Below, in pieces: positions 1-8,457 of a stretch of 34,283 nucleotides of DNA (its first letter is position 1; each line of letters begins with the position of its first letter). This stretch comes from a virus (Duplodnaviria; Caudoviricetes), in the IMG/VR virus record IMGVR_UViG_3300038556_000010, positions 1 through 34,283 of that record. One strand, 5' to 3'. Below the pieces are notes generated by a model that was given only the letters and a program-made list of their open reading frames with translations, was not told the DNA's origin and did not search any database. Both the position numbers and the translations under genes were made by a program.

Positions 1-6
1 CCCCAG

Positions 7-29
7 CCCCTCCCCACAAGGGGGAGGGG
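7..29. repeat. REP/RIME-like palindrome (host)
   Basis: CCCCTCCCC-ACAAG-GGGGAGGGG perfect 9-bp inverted repeat, resembling intergenic repeats common in rhizobial genomes. Confidence 0.65.
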
Positions 30-102
30 AGCCGCGTCGAGGCTCCCGCGCCTCGGCCTGAAGGCGGGGGCCCCGGAGGGCGAACCCTGAGCGAACTGGA
101 CG

Positions 103-141
103 ATCCTTCGAGACGCCGTGCGCGGGGTCGCAGGATGAGGG
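103..141. repeat. Degenerate REP-like element (host)
   Basis: ATCCTTCGAGACGC...CAGGATGAGG resembles the CATCCTTCGAGACG...CTCAGGATGAG intergenic repeat of Hyphomicrobiales. Confidence 0.45.
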
Positions 142-328
142 TGGTGGGATCGCCTGACAGCAGAAGTGCGCGCTTTACAACACCTTCAAGACCGCTTCAT
201 CCTGTCGCTGAACGACGTGCCCGAGGTGCGCGAGCTGTTCGCTTGGGCGACGATCGAGTCGTTCGAGCTGAGCAATCAGGCGGGTGGCGCGGGACACACC
301 CAGCGGGTGATCAGCGGAGCATAGCGCA

Positions 329-1576
329 GTGTCAATCCGCATTCAGAATGCAGAGCCAGGCCAGATCGTATGGAGTGATGTCGAGGCACTGGTACAGACC
401 AAAGCCACCGAAACCGCGCGTCTCGAATTCAAACGCTCCCTTTCGCATCCTAAAGGCGAGCCTGACGGTTGGTACCAGGGGCGCGATATCGGACGAGCCG
501 CCAAGGAGGCTATAGGGGCTGAGGTGGTTGCGTTCGCCAATGCCTACGGCGGCATTCTGATCCTCGGCGTCGACGAAGATCGTCAGAAACCGCCCACGGC
601 GACCGATTTGGTTCGCCTGCCGCGCCTGCATGAACTGGCGGAAAAACTTACCCGCTATATGGACAGCGCGATCGACCCTCCGATCGATGGTCTGGGCGTC
701 CAAGCTGTAGAAGACCCAAACCAGCCAGATACCGGCGTCTTGATCATCCGCATCCCCGGCTCGCTCGTCGCTCCACACGGCGTAGGCCTCCCTCCTGTCG
801 CGTATGTGCGGAGAGGCACGTCATGCACGCCCATGACCATGCGCGACATCCAAACGCGCTTCTGGGAAGCTCGCACGGGTATCGCGCGCATCGAAGGGTT
901 GCGGGAGGAGTCGAGGCAACGGTTAGAGCTTTTTAAAGGCAAGTTGGTGGAAAGCGAAAAACCTCTTGCAGTGATTTTTCGTTGTTCAGCGATTGCAGGT
1001 CAGCGGCTCGATCTGTCGCCGATTGATTATCGGAAGAACTGGCTACTCAATCTTTGCCCAGGCCCCGGCCAGTTCGGCATCGGCCACTCTGCCGCCTCGA
1101 CCCCCGGAAGCTACACCGGCTGGATACCGCGAGCACATGGGGCCTTCACGCGAACCTACGATGAGAGGGCGGTTTGGAACGTCACCGATGATGGGACGGT
1201 GGCCGTGGAAGGTGTGTCTTTCTCCGACAAGGGCCAGCATGATCCGGAGTGGTATTTTGCGATCGCGCTTCAGGTTGTGACAGCGGCAATACGGCTCCGC
1301 ATGAGAGCCGGGAGGCCCGACGTTCCTATCCACCTTGACCTAAACTTTCACCTTGGCGATCAAGTCACTCGATGGACGCACCCCGGATTCGTCTCGGCGA
1401 AGCCGCTACCCACCAGCGCGATAGGCCCCTTCTCTCTACTTCGGCTCGCGGAACTTCCCGACGTCATGGCAGCGGCGAAGCGGGAAGTTTACGGCGGGTT
1501 CGCTTCTGAACCCCGTGGGGTCACGTCGCTCGATCTTCAACACCTTTTCGAGGACTGGGGACGGATCAACACATAA
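329..1576 (+). CDS. AlbA_2 (Schlafen-like) domain protein with uncharacterised C-terminal domain
   Basis: 415 aa; LEFKR...EVVAFANAYGGILILGVDE and YVRRG motifs of AlbA_2; lower GC than the prophage; GTG start uncertain. Confidence 0.85.
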   Translation: MSIRIQNAEPGQIVWSDVEALVQTKATETARLEFKRSLSHPKGEPDGWYQGRDIGRAAKEAIGAEVVAFANAYGGILILGVDEDRQKPPTATDLVRLPRLHELAEKLTRYMDSAIDPPIDGLGVQAVEDPNQPDTGVLIIRIPGSLVAPHGVGLPPVAYVRRGTSCTPMTMRDIQTRFWEARTGIARIEGLREESRQRLELFKGKLVESEKPLAVIFRCSAIAGQRLDLSPIDYRKNWLLNLCPGPGQFGIGHSAASTPGSYTGWIPRAHGAFTRTYDERAVWNVTDDGTVAVEGVSFSDKGQHDPEWYFAIALQVVTAAIRLRMRAGRPDVPIHLDLNFHLGDQVTRWTHPGFVSAKPLPTSAIGPFSLLRLAELPDVMAAAKREVYGGFASEPRGVTSLDLQHLFEDWGRINT

Positions 1577-1583
1577 CGCGATC

Positions 1584-1786
1584 TGTTGCCATTTGATTGT
1601 TCGTTTATTTCCATCTGAAATTCGCGCTACACGCCCTGTGAAACGAACAATCATATGGCAATGGCAGGGCGTAGGCGGGATTATCCGGGATTGAGCGGGA
1701 TCAGCCGGAAAGTGGCGTGATCGCAAGGGCATAGGCGGCGGCCGAAGTGGCCCGGCGGCCAATTCATTGCCATATGATCCTTCGCT
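1584..1786. repeat. Prophage left end with three putative transposase-binding sites
   Basis: TGTTGCCATTTGATTGTTCGTTT (1584-1606); inverted copy AAACGAACAATCATATGGCAA (1641-1661); direct copy TTGCCATATGATCCTTCG (1767-1784). Confidence 0.8.
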
Positions 1787-2011
1787 GGTTCTGCAGGCCT
1801 GAAAGCCCGAAATCCCGGTAGCCAGAAATCGGGCTCGCCATAAGTGCTTGAAATGTCGTGCCCGACGCGGCCAGAACCCGGAACAAAAACCTGAGTGCAC
1901 CATCATCGCTTCCGAGTTACGAAAAACGACGCATTTTCAGTGGGATAAGCTTCAAAGCCGGAGCGGGCGCTCCTTCTCGAACCCGGAAGCGAAATTGGCC
2001 TCGAAGCCGGT

Positions 2012-2398
2012 TCAAACCGCCATTCCCGGAGTGTCTTCTTTCTGCCGCCCCGCTTCGATCTCCTCCAGCCCCCAGCGCGCCATGCGTTGTCGGCGAGCTA
2101 GTTCTTGCGGCGACGGCGGCTGCTCGGGCTCGAAAAAATGGGCGACCGGCTTGTCGATCCGCTGGCCGCCGAACTCGGCCTGAAAGGCGTTGGCCTTATC
2201 GGCGCTCTTGAAGCACCAATGCATGATCTGGCGGCCGGTGCGATCCGAGCCCATCGTTTCGTAATCATGCATCGCTGCCCAGCGCAGCATGGCGTCCATC
2301 GCTTGGCCAAGCCCCCGCTCGGGGATGGCAATCTGAACCTGGAACGGGTGCGTCCGGTTCCGCCGGGTGTTCGTAACCTCGCCCTTGCGCCTCACCAT
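2012..2398 (-). CDS. Hypothetical protein (128 aa)
   Basis: Likely start MVRRKGE at 2398, coupled (ATGGTGA) to the upstream small ORF; HPFQV...WCFKSADKANAFQAEFGG looks like a conserved rhizobial small-protein family. Confidence 0.65.
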   Translation of the reverse strand: MVRRKGEVTNTRRNRTHPFQVQIAIPERGLGQAMDAMLRWAAMHDYETMGSDRTGRQIMHWCFKSADKANAFQAEFGGQRIDKPVAHFFEPEQPPSPQELARRQRMARWGLEEIEAGRQKEDTPGMAV

Positions 2399-2526
2399 CC
2401 CAGCCACCGGCGGGTTACGAGGCCGAGCGCGCCGCCCAGTCCAGCCAGGGCCGCCATCGCCCAGAGAAAGCGCCGGCGCGCTACCAGCCGTTCGCGCGGC
2501 CATTCGATCGGTTCCCGCTCGCCCAT
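2392..2526 (-). CDS. Small membrane protein (44 aa)
   Basis: MGEREPIEWPRERLVARRRFLWAMAALAGLGGALGLVTRRWLGW; AGGAG RBS; below the ORF-track cutoff. Confidence 0.5.
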   Translation of the reverse strand: MGEREPIEWPRERLVARRRFLWAMAALAGLGGALGLVTRRWLGW

Positions 2527-2586
2527 CCACAGCTCCTACCGAGTCCTGTCAGCAGCCTAGGCCGCGCGGTCGCCATCTGCAATTAT

Positions 2587-2601
2587 GTTCTTGTTCTGTT
2601 C
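2587..2601. promoter_or_regulatory. Alphaproteobacterial LexA (SOS) box
   Basis: GTTC-TTGTTCT-GTTC, a perfect GTTC-N7-GTTC in an AT-rich divergent intergenic region. Confidence 0.75.
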
Positions 2602-2667
2602 TCATATCCGCGCTTTCCTAGAGTCAGCCCCGGCGCTCAGACCGGGGCGCAACAGGAGAGCGTCGTC

Positions 2668-3012
2668 ATGAGTAAGGCCCGCCTGCAGAGAGAGACCGTC
2701 AAGAACCTGACTTATTTCGTCGTCCAGACCTTCAGCGCGGTGAAGGGCTCGAAGACCAAGATCAACGCCGACACGCCGATGGAGGCGCGGGACGAGCAGC
2801 ACGCCAGGCGTCTGATCGAGCGCTACAGGCCGATCCGCGCCGGCGTCGTCGCGTTCCACCGCACCGGAGACCCGAAGACGGGCGATTGGGAGGAAGGCGT
2901 TCTCATCGCCAGGCACGGCCTCGTCTCGGCAGAGTATGACGGCATGCCGGAAGCCGATGAGCCGGAGTTCGACTCGGGCGATCTGACCGATGTCGATCTA
3001 AAGGTGGCCTGA
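2668..3012 (+). CDS. Conserved hypothetical protein (114 aa), likely LexA-regulated
   Basis: AGGAG RBS; TYFVVQTF...GVVAFHRTGDPKTGDW pattern; acidic tail. Confidence 0.8.
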   Translation: MSKARLQRETVKNLTYFVVQTFSAVKGSKTKINADTPMEARDEQHARRLIERYRPIRAGVVAFHRTGDPKTGDWEEGVLIARHGLVSAEYDGMPEADEPEFDSGDLTDVDLKVA

Positions 3013-3019
3013 CGCCTGG

Positions 3020-3042
3020 CGCGGCGGCTTCGCGCCGCCGCG
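3020..3042. terminator. Hairpin between convergent genes
   Basis: CGCGGCGGC-TTCGC-GCCGCCGCG, 9-bp stem. Confidence 0.6.
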
Positions 3043-3044
3043 TT

Positions 3045-3362
3045 CTACTTGGTGAACCCGTAGCTCTTTGCGACGCGCCGAATTTGCGTGCAATGCGCGG
3101 TTTTGGACGATGCGCTCATGCCTCTGAGCTGAAATTCGTTGCCGCTGGTCATCATCTTGAGGCTAGAGGCGAAGGCGAGATCGTCGGCTCTCACGCGCTT
3201 CTCGATGAAACCGGCGATCGCCGCCTGATCATATGCCAGGCCGCATAGCTCCTCCGACGCGAGAACGGAGCCAAGCTCGTTTGCCAGGGTCATCGATTTG
3301 ATGTCCTGGGCCGCAAGGGGCGCGGCCCCTAAGACCAGAAAGGCAAAAAACAGACGCCTCAT
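3045..3362 (-). CDS. Exported/periplasmic protein (105 aa)
   Basis: Signal peptide MRRLFFAFLVLGAAPLAA; two Cys; 4-nt overlap with the upstream gene. Confidence 0.8.
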   Translation of the reverse strand: MRRLFFAFLVLGAAPLAAQDIKSMTLANELGSVLASEELCGLAYDQAAIAGFIEKRVRADDLAFASSLKMMTSGNEFQLRGMSASSKTAHCTQIRRVAKSYGFTK

Positions 3363-3715
3363 GGCTGTACCGCCTGCTGCAACGCCGCCGGCCGTTTTCC
3401 AAACAGCGCCAGGACCCCACCGATCAGGGCCAGCGCCATGAACAGCGCCACGAATGTGCCGCCTAAGATAGCCCCAGCCAAGGCGCAGATAATCAACAGG
3501 ACGCCAGGCCAGCGCGACGTCGCTCCCATGCAGACCGCGCCGAGCACGATGGTCAGGAACGAGAACACAACGCCGCCCCAGCCCAACATGACGACGGTTT
3601 CAGCGTTCTTCGCCTCGAAGGCTGTCGCCGCGCCACCGATCATCAATGTAAACAGCGCAGCGATCACGGCGAATATGCCCGCGATCAGCGCGATGATCCC
3701 TCCAGCCTTCCTCAT
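3359..3715 (-). CDS. Integral membrane protein (~4 TM, 118 aa)
   Basis: GGAGGAG RBS before MRKAGG; highly hydrophobic. Confidence 0.8.
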   Translation of the reverse strand: MRKAGGIIALIAGIFAVIAALFTLMIGGAATAFEAKNAETVVMLGWGGVVFSFLTIVLGAVCMGATSRWPGVLLIICALAGAILGGTFVALFMALALIGGVLALFGKRPAALQQAVQP

Positions 3716-3732
3716 GTGTCGCTCCTCCGCTT

Positions 3733-4437
3733 TCAAATCTTGCCGCCGGCCCACACAACCTTGCCCGCAACGCGCAGCGCCTCGGCCTCCGGGCCGGCCA
3801 ACGTCTCGTTGGGATACTTCTCATTATCCGAGATCAGCTCGATGCGTCCCTCGAAACCACGGCCGATCCGTTTGATCCTGACATTGTCGCCGTCGAGCAG
3901 CACGTAGACACCGTCTAAGCGAGGCCGCTGGTGGCGGATGTCGGCCAGGCAGACGGCCCCCTCGGGGATCGTCGGCCACATGCTGTCGCCCCTGCTGTCG
4001 AGAAACCGCGCCGCTTCCTCCGGCACGCCAAGCCATTCGAGCCACTGTCGCGGAAACGGGAGGCGGTCCAGCTCGTAGGGGTACGGGTTCTCGAACCCCG
4101 GGCCGGCGCTGGCGATGACGTCCAACTTTGCGATCATCGCGACGTCAGGGTCGTCATCGAGGGCCGGCAGTTCCATGCTCTGGCGCATCACGCCCAGCTG
4201 CGCGGTTCCAAACGCTAGCCAATCGAGCGAGCGACCCGTTGCCCTCGCCAGAATCGCCGCCTGCCAAAAGGGGATGCGCGCCTTGCCGCTGCTCCATTTG
4301 GCGATCTGCTGGACGGAGTTTCCGGTCAGTTCGGATGCTCCCTGACGTTTTCCGGCGGCCTCAACCAGCTCTTTAAAGCGAACGAGCAGCCCCGCATCGA
4401 CTTCTTCGGCGTCGTCAGTGTCCGATTGCATCGTCAT
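3733..4437 (-). CDS. Phage repressor (HTH plus S24 peptidase)
   Basis: N-terminal HTH (SLDWLAFG); ASAGPG cleavage site; GDSMWP catalytic Ser; IKR catalytic Lys; divergent from ner. Confidence 0.92.
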   Translation of the reverse strand: MTMQSDTDDAEEVDAGLLVRFKELVEAAGKRQGASELTGNSVQQIAKWSSGKARIPFWQAAILARATGRSLDWLAFGTAQLGVMRQSMELPALDDDPDVAMIAKLDVIASAGPGFENPYPYELDRLPFPRQWLEWLGVPEEAARFLDSRGDSMWPTIPEGAVCLADIRHQRPRLDGVYVLLDGDNVRIKRIGRGFEGRIELISDNEKYPNETLAGPEAEALRVAGKVVWAGGKI

Positions 4438-4531
4438 GGCGCTTGCGTATATCCAAAAAGATAGATACGGTATCGTTCGTTACCTCAATGGTTAACAGAA
4501 CACGCCGAAAAGCGCCAATCGGATAGGCACC
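4438..4531. promoter_or_regulatory. Repressor/ner divergent control region
   Basis: AT-rich; TTGCGT -35-like hexamer; imperfect dyad CGTAT...ATACG (4446-4469). Confidence 0.55.
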
Positions 4532-4777
4532 ATGCACGAAGCTGACATCTTGGCCGCCGTTCGGAAGTCCGACTTCCGGTTCCTGCCTGCGATCGCCAAG
4601 CAGTATGGCGTCTCTGACGTCGCGCTTCGCGCCGCATTTCGCCGGCCCCAGCTCGCGGCGGAACGAGCCATCTCGAAGGCGCTACGCATCCCGCTGCATG
4701 TGATCTGGCCGGAGCGCTGGTCCAGCGATGGCAAGCGCCTCGTCCGGCGCGGCCGCCCGATGAAAAGGGCCGCGTGA
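4532..4777 (+). CDS. ner: Ner/Nlp-family transcription regulator
   Basis: AERAISKAL...IWPERW Ner motif; first early gene. Confidence 0.85.
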   Translation: MHEADILAAVRKSDFRFLPAIAKQYGVSDVALRAAFRRPQLAAERAISKALRIPLHVIWPERWSSDGKRLVRRGRPMKRAA

Positions 4778-5655
4778 TGTCCCTGCTCACACACCTCACG
4801 GCCGGCGCTCCGGTTTTTCTCGCCCCGCTCGCGGCCATCGACGCCACCGGCCGGCTGCGGCCCGTCGACGAGGCGCACGCGCAGATGATCGCAGCGAGCC
4901 TTAACGAAACCGGCCTGATCCAGCCGGTCGTGGTCCGCGCCGCGCCAGACGGGAACGGGCTGAAGCTCGTCGTCGGCGGCCACCGCCTGCGCGCCGCGGA
5001 AATCAACGTCTGGGACGAGATCGCCGCCATCTTGATCGAGTGCACTGACGACGAGGCACGACAGATCGAGATCGACGAAAACCTGGCCCGCCGGGAACTC
5101 ACAGTGCTCGAAAGAGCCGAGTTCCTGGCCGAGCGGAAGCGCATTTATGAGGTGCTCCACCCCGAGACGGCGAACGGCAAGGCGAAGAAGCCCAAGACCG
5201 ACAAGGCAAAGGTCGCCAACTTGGCGACCTTTGCCCGGTTCTCAAAGGACGCCGCCCGTTCGACCGGCCTTGGCGAGCGCACGGTCCAGCGCGCCTGCGA
5301 GCTTGCCGCAGCGCTCTCCCCCGAAGTCATCACCCTCATTCGCGGCACCAAGCTCGCCAACAACCAGGCCCAGCTGCAGGCGCTGGCCGCGCTCGATCCG
5401 GCTGACCAGGTCACGGTCGCGGGGCTGATCGCGGCCAATGCCGCCAGCAATGTCGCGAAGGCCCGCGTCATCGGCGGTTTCGTCCCGCCCGGTGGCGCTG
5501 CGCGCGAGGGCGAGGCCCAGCTCAAGCGGCTGGAACCGATCGTCGCCCGCATGGCGCTGAAGGAGCTGCAGGCGCTGGCCGCCATGGTCACCGCCCGCAT
5601 CGCGGCGCTGACGCCGCCGGCCAAGCAGGCGAAGGCGAAGGGCGGCGCGGCATGA
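4774..5655 (+). CDS. ParB-like N-terminal domain protein with HTH
   Basis: GLIQPVVVR...VVGGHRLRA...EIDENLARRELT. Confidence 0.88.
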   Translation: MMSLLTHLTAGAPVFLAPLAAIDATGRLRPVDEAHAQMIAASLNETGLIQPVVVRAAPDGNGLKLVVGGHRLRAAEINVWDEIAAILIECTDDEARQIEIDENLARRELTVLERAEFLAERKRIYEVLHPETANGKAKKPKTDKAKVANLATFARFSKDAARSTGLGERTVQRACELAAALSPEVITLIRGTKLANNQAQLQALAALDPADQVTVAGLIAANAASNVAKARVIGGFVPPGGAAREGEAQLKRLEPIVARMALKELQALAAMVTARIAALTPPAKQAKAKGGAA

Positions 5656-5906
5656 GCGAAGTGCTATCTCCTGACGTCTTGAAAGCCCGGCTCAGGGTCG
5701 TTCTCGCCTTCGCCGACGGGGGCGACATGGCGTCGGCGACCGCAACGTGGCTTTCGATCGAGCCCGAGGCTGACGAGGCTATGGGCGCGCGACTGGTCGA
5801 GGCCGTCGCGCAGGTCATAGGCGATGACCGGCTGCTCAGCCTCATCCTGTTCGCTTCATCAGCGTTTCGCTTGGAGATCACGGAGGCGGTCGATGGCTGC
5901 CTCTAG
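5652..5906 (+). CDS. Hypothetical protein (84 aa)
   Basis: ATGA coupling to the ParB gene. Confidence 0.6.
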   Translation: MSEVLSPDVLKARLRVVLAFADGGDMASATATWLSIEPEADEAMGARLVEAVAQVIGDDRLLSLILFASSAFRLEITEAVDGCL

Positions 5907-6104
5907 CCGGATCTTGCCCGACGGTCCGGGTGCCGCCGCCAACATCTCCGTCAGCCGGTCCTGCAGGCTAGCCCAGTCAACGCGCCCGTCCCGCACAAGA
6001 ACTTGCAGGGCTGCTTCCTTGATCATCATCACTGCCGACGCCTCACTGGCGAACATCTCGTCGATGCGCTTGCGGGCGCGTTCGAGCTTCTCGTCCTTCG
6101 TCAT
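5859..6104 (-). CDS. Counter-oriented hypothetical protein (81 aa)
   Basis: GGAGGA RBS; charged helical composition unlike shadow ORFs. Confidence 0.6.
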   Translation of the reverse strand: MTKDEKLERARKRIDEMFASEASAVMMIKEAALQVLVRDGRVDWASLQDRLTEMLAAAPGPSGKIRLEAAIDRLRDLQAKR

Positions 6105-6218
6105 TCCAGCTTCCTCCGGTGGGCGTTCTCGCAGGCCCCATCATGGAGGAGGAGCGCGCGGCGGGGTAGCTATCCCCCCAGCCGGCCCCGCCGCGCGTCT
6201 CGCATTCGGAGGCCGCCG

Positions 6219-8396
6219 GTGAAGCTCTGGCTGACCTCCTCCGAACTCGCCGATCTGGCGCTGCCCGACATGCCGGGCACCGATCGCGGTGTCCGCATGC
6301 TCGCCGAGCGCGAGGGCTGGGAGCGGTTCTCGGCCTGGTGCCGGCCGCGCGCCGGGCGCGGCGGCGGGCTCGAATATCACGTCAACCTGCTCCCGATCGC
6401 GGCGCGCATCGCCTATCTCGGCGCGGGCTCAGGCCCTCTGGCCGAGGCGACCGGCGAGGCGCTGCAGGCCTCCCCCGAGCCGGCCGCAGGCCAGGCCCGC
6501 ACCGCCACGCTGCAGCTCGATGCGCGGCTGGCCGTGCTCGATGCGCTGCGCGGCTTCCTGCGGACCTCCGAGCTGAAGCAGACGCTGGCGATCAGCTATT
6601 TCGTCGATCTCTACAATCTCGGCCGGATCGAGGTGCCCTCTTGGGCGAAGCCGATCCTGCCGCGCCTCGCCACGCGCACGCTGCTGCGCTGGCTCTCGGC
6701 CGCCCGCGAAGGCGAGACGCAGCGGCTGGCGGTGGATCGCGGGGCCGGCCGGCGCGGCCAGGGCGTGCTCGACGCCGCCTTCGAGGGCGAGATCAAGCAT
6801 TTCGCCGTCGCGGTTCACTCCTTCAACGACCTCTACACCGCCAGGCATATCCATGGCGCGGTGAAGGACGAGTTCGGCGCGCGGCTGGCCGCCGCCGGGC
6901 TGGAACTGCCGGGCCTGCGCGCCTTTGAAGTCCGCTTCAAGGCCTGGAAACAGGACTACGCCGCCGGCCTGCTCCGGATGATGGACCCGGACGGGTTCCG
7001 CAACAAAATGCGCGTCTCGGGCTCCTACGCCCACATGGCCCCGCATCTCAACGCGCTCTGGCAGATCGACGCTTCGCCGGTCGATGCGCTCTGCGTCGAT
7101 GGCCGGCACTCGATCTATGTCTGCATCGACATCTGGTCGCGCCGCATCAGCCTGTTCGTCTCGAAGACGCCGCGCTCGGAGGCCGTGCAGCTGCTGATGC
7201 GCAAGGCGATCCTCGCCTGGGGCGTGCCCGATGCGGTGAAGACCGACAACGGCTCGGATTTCGTGGCCCGCGCCACCGTGCGCCTTTTCGCCAAGCTGCA
7301 GATCGAGGCGATCCGCTCGGACGCCTTCGCGCCCTGGCAGAAGGGCGTCGTCGAGCGCAACATCCGCACCTTCCAGACCGACTGCGCGCGCATGCTGACC
7401 GGCTTCGTCGGCCACAACGTCGCCCAGCGCAAGAAGATCGAGGGCCGCAAGGCCTTCGCGGCCCGGCTCGGCCAGGGCGACGCCGAGGCCTTCTCGGTGA
7501 CCATGACCGGCCAGGAGCTGCAGGCGACCTGCGACAGCTGGGCGGACGGAATCTACGCCCACAACGCCCATGGCGGCATCGGGCGGATGACGCCCTTCGC
7601 CCGCGCCGCCTCCTCGACCAGGGCCATCCGCACGGTCGATCCCGATGCGCTGGCCAGCCTGCTGATGCAGGCTCCCGACGCGCAGGGCCTGCGCCGCTAC
7701 GGCAAGGAAGGCGTCCGCGTCGCCGGCTTCCACTATCTCGCGCCCGGCATCCTGCCCGGCGAGACGGTGTTCGTCCGCATGGACCCCTCCGACGCCGGCA
7801 CCGTCTGGCTGTTCGACGAGACCGGCGACGAATTCCGGGCGCGCGGCCGCAACGCCGAGCTGCTCGGCGTCGATCCGGCCGGGCTGATCGCCGAGACCAA
7901 GGCGGCGCAGAAGCGCCTGCTCGACGAGCAGATGGCCGAGGTGAAGGCCATGACGAGGAAGCGCGTCACCCAGCGCACCGTGCTGGATGCGCGGCTGGCG
8001 CAGGCCGCCGCCGCCAGCGGCAACCTGGTCGCCTTCCCGCAGCGCTCCGAGGCGCATTCGACGCCGGCGCTCGATGCCGGGCTGGAGATCGCGGCCATGC
8101 GCCGGGGCGATGCGCCGGTCGCGGCACCGCTGTCCGACGCCGCCGCCAGGATTCATCGCGAGTTGCTTGAAGCGCCGGCGCTGGAAGCCCGGCCGGACCC
8201 GAAGGTGACGCAGCTGCGAACCTCCGAGACCCCGCGCCAGCGCTTCCGTCGCGCCATGGAGATCGAGGCGGCGATCGCCGCTGGCGAGCCGGTCGAGACC
8301 GAACAGGCGCTCTGGCTCGGCTCATACCGGACGAGCGGCGAATACCGCTCGGAGAAGGACTTCCACACGGAATTTGGAGAGGCGGCGTCGCGTTAG
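6219..8396 (+). CDS. Mu-type DDE transposase (MuA)
   Basis: GGAGG RBS plus GTG at 6219; Mu DNA-binding N-terminus (GRGGGLEYHVNLLP); WQID...KTDNGSDF...KGVVER DDE triad. Confidence 0.95.
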   Translation: MKLWLTSSELADLALPDMPGTDRGVRMLAEREGWERFSAWCRPRAGRGGGLEYHVNLLPIAARIAYLGAGSGPLAEATGEALQASPEPAAGQARTATLQLDARLAVLDALRGFLRTSELKQTLAISYFVDLYNLGRIEVPSWAKPILPRLATRTLLRWLSAAREGETQRLAVDRGAGRRGQGVLDAAFEGEIKHFAVAVHSFNDLYTARHIHGAVKDEFGARLAAAGLELPGLRAFEVRFKAWKQDYAAGLLRMMDPDGFRNKMRVSGSYAHMAPHLNALWQIDASPVDALCVDGRHSIYVCIDIWSRRISLFVSKTPRSEAVQLLMRKAILAWGVPDAVKTDNGSDFVARATVRLFAKLQIEAIRSDAFAPWQKGVVERNIRTFQTDCARMLTGFVGHNVAQRKKIEGRKAFAARLGQGDAEAFSVTMTGQELQATCDSWADGIYAHNAHGGIGRMTPFARAASSTRAIRTVDPDALASLLMQAPDAQGLRRYGKEGVRVAGFHYLAPGILPGETVFVRMDPSDAGTVWLFDETGDEFRARGRNAELLGVDPAGLIAETKAAQKRLLDEQMAEVKAMTRKRVTQRTVLDARLAQAAAASGNLVAFPQRSEAHSTPALDAGLEIAAMRRGDAPVAAPLSDAAARIHRELLEAPALEARPDPKVTQLRTSETPRQRFRRAMEIEAAIAAGEPVETEQALWLGSYRTSGEYRSEKDFHTEFGEAASR

Positions 8397-8403
8397 GCCG
8401 GCC

Positions 8404-8431
8404 CAAAAAGAAGCCCCGGCGAACCGGGGCT
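8404..8431 (-). terminator. Intrinsic terminator oriented on the minus strand
   Basis: AGCCCCGG-CGAA-CCGGGGCT with an A-run on its 5' side (TCTTTTT on the minus strand). Confidence 0.55.
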
Positions 8432-8457
8432 CATCAAGTCTGATCGAAGGTGAGCAT

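Noticed and set aside
1875-1890. Second LexA box (GAACCCGGAAC)
   Set aside because: Half-sites are 3 bp apart rather than 7.
1436-2211. ORFs spanning the left-end region (1436-1906, 1848-2183, 1858-2211)
   Set aside because: They cross the prophage junction or binding sites, or overlap a better gene; composition is not protein-like.
6003-6218. N-terminal extension of the transposase ORF
   Set aside because: Overlaps the counter-oriented gene and the hairpin; GGAGG plus GTG at 6219 is the better start.
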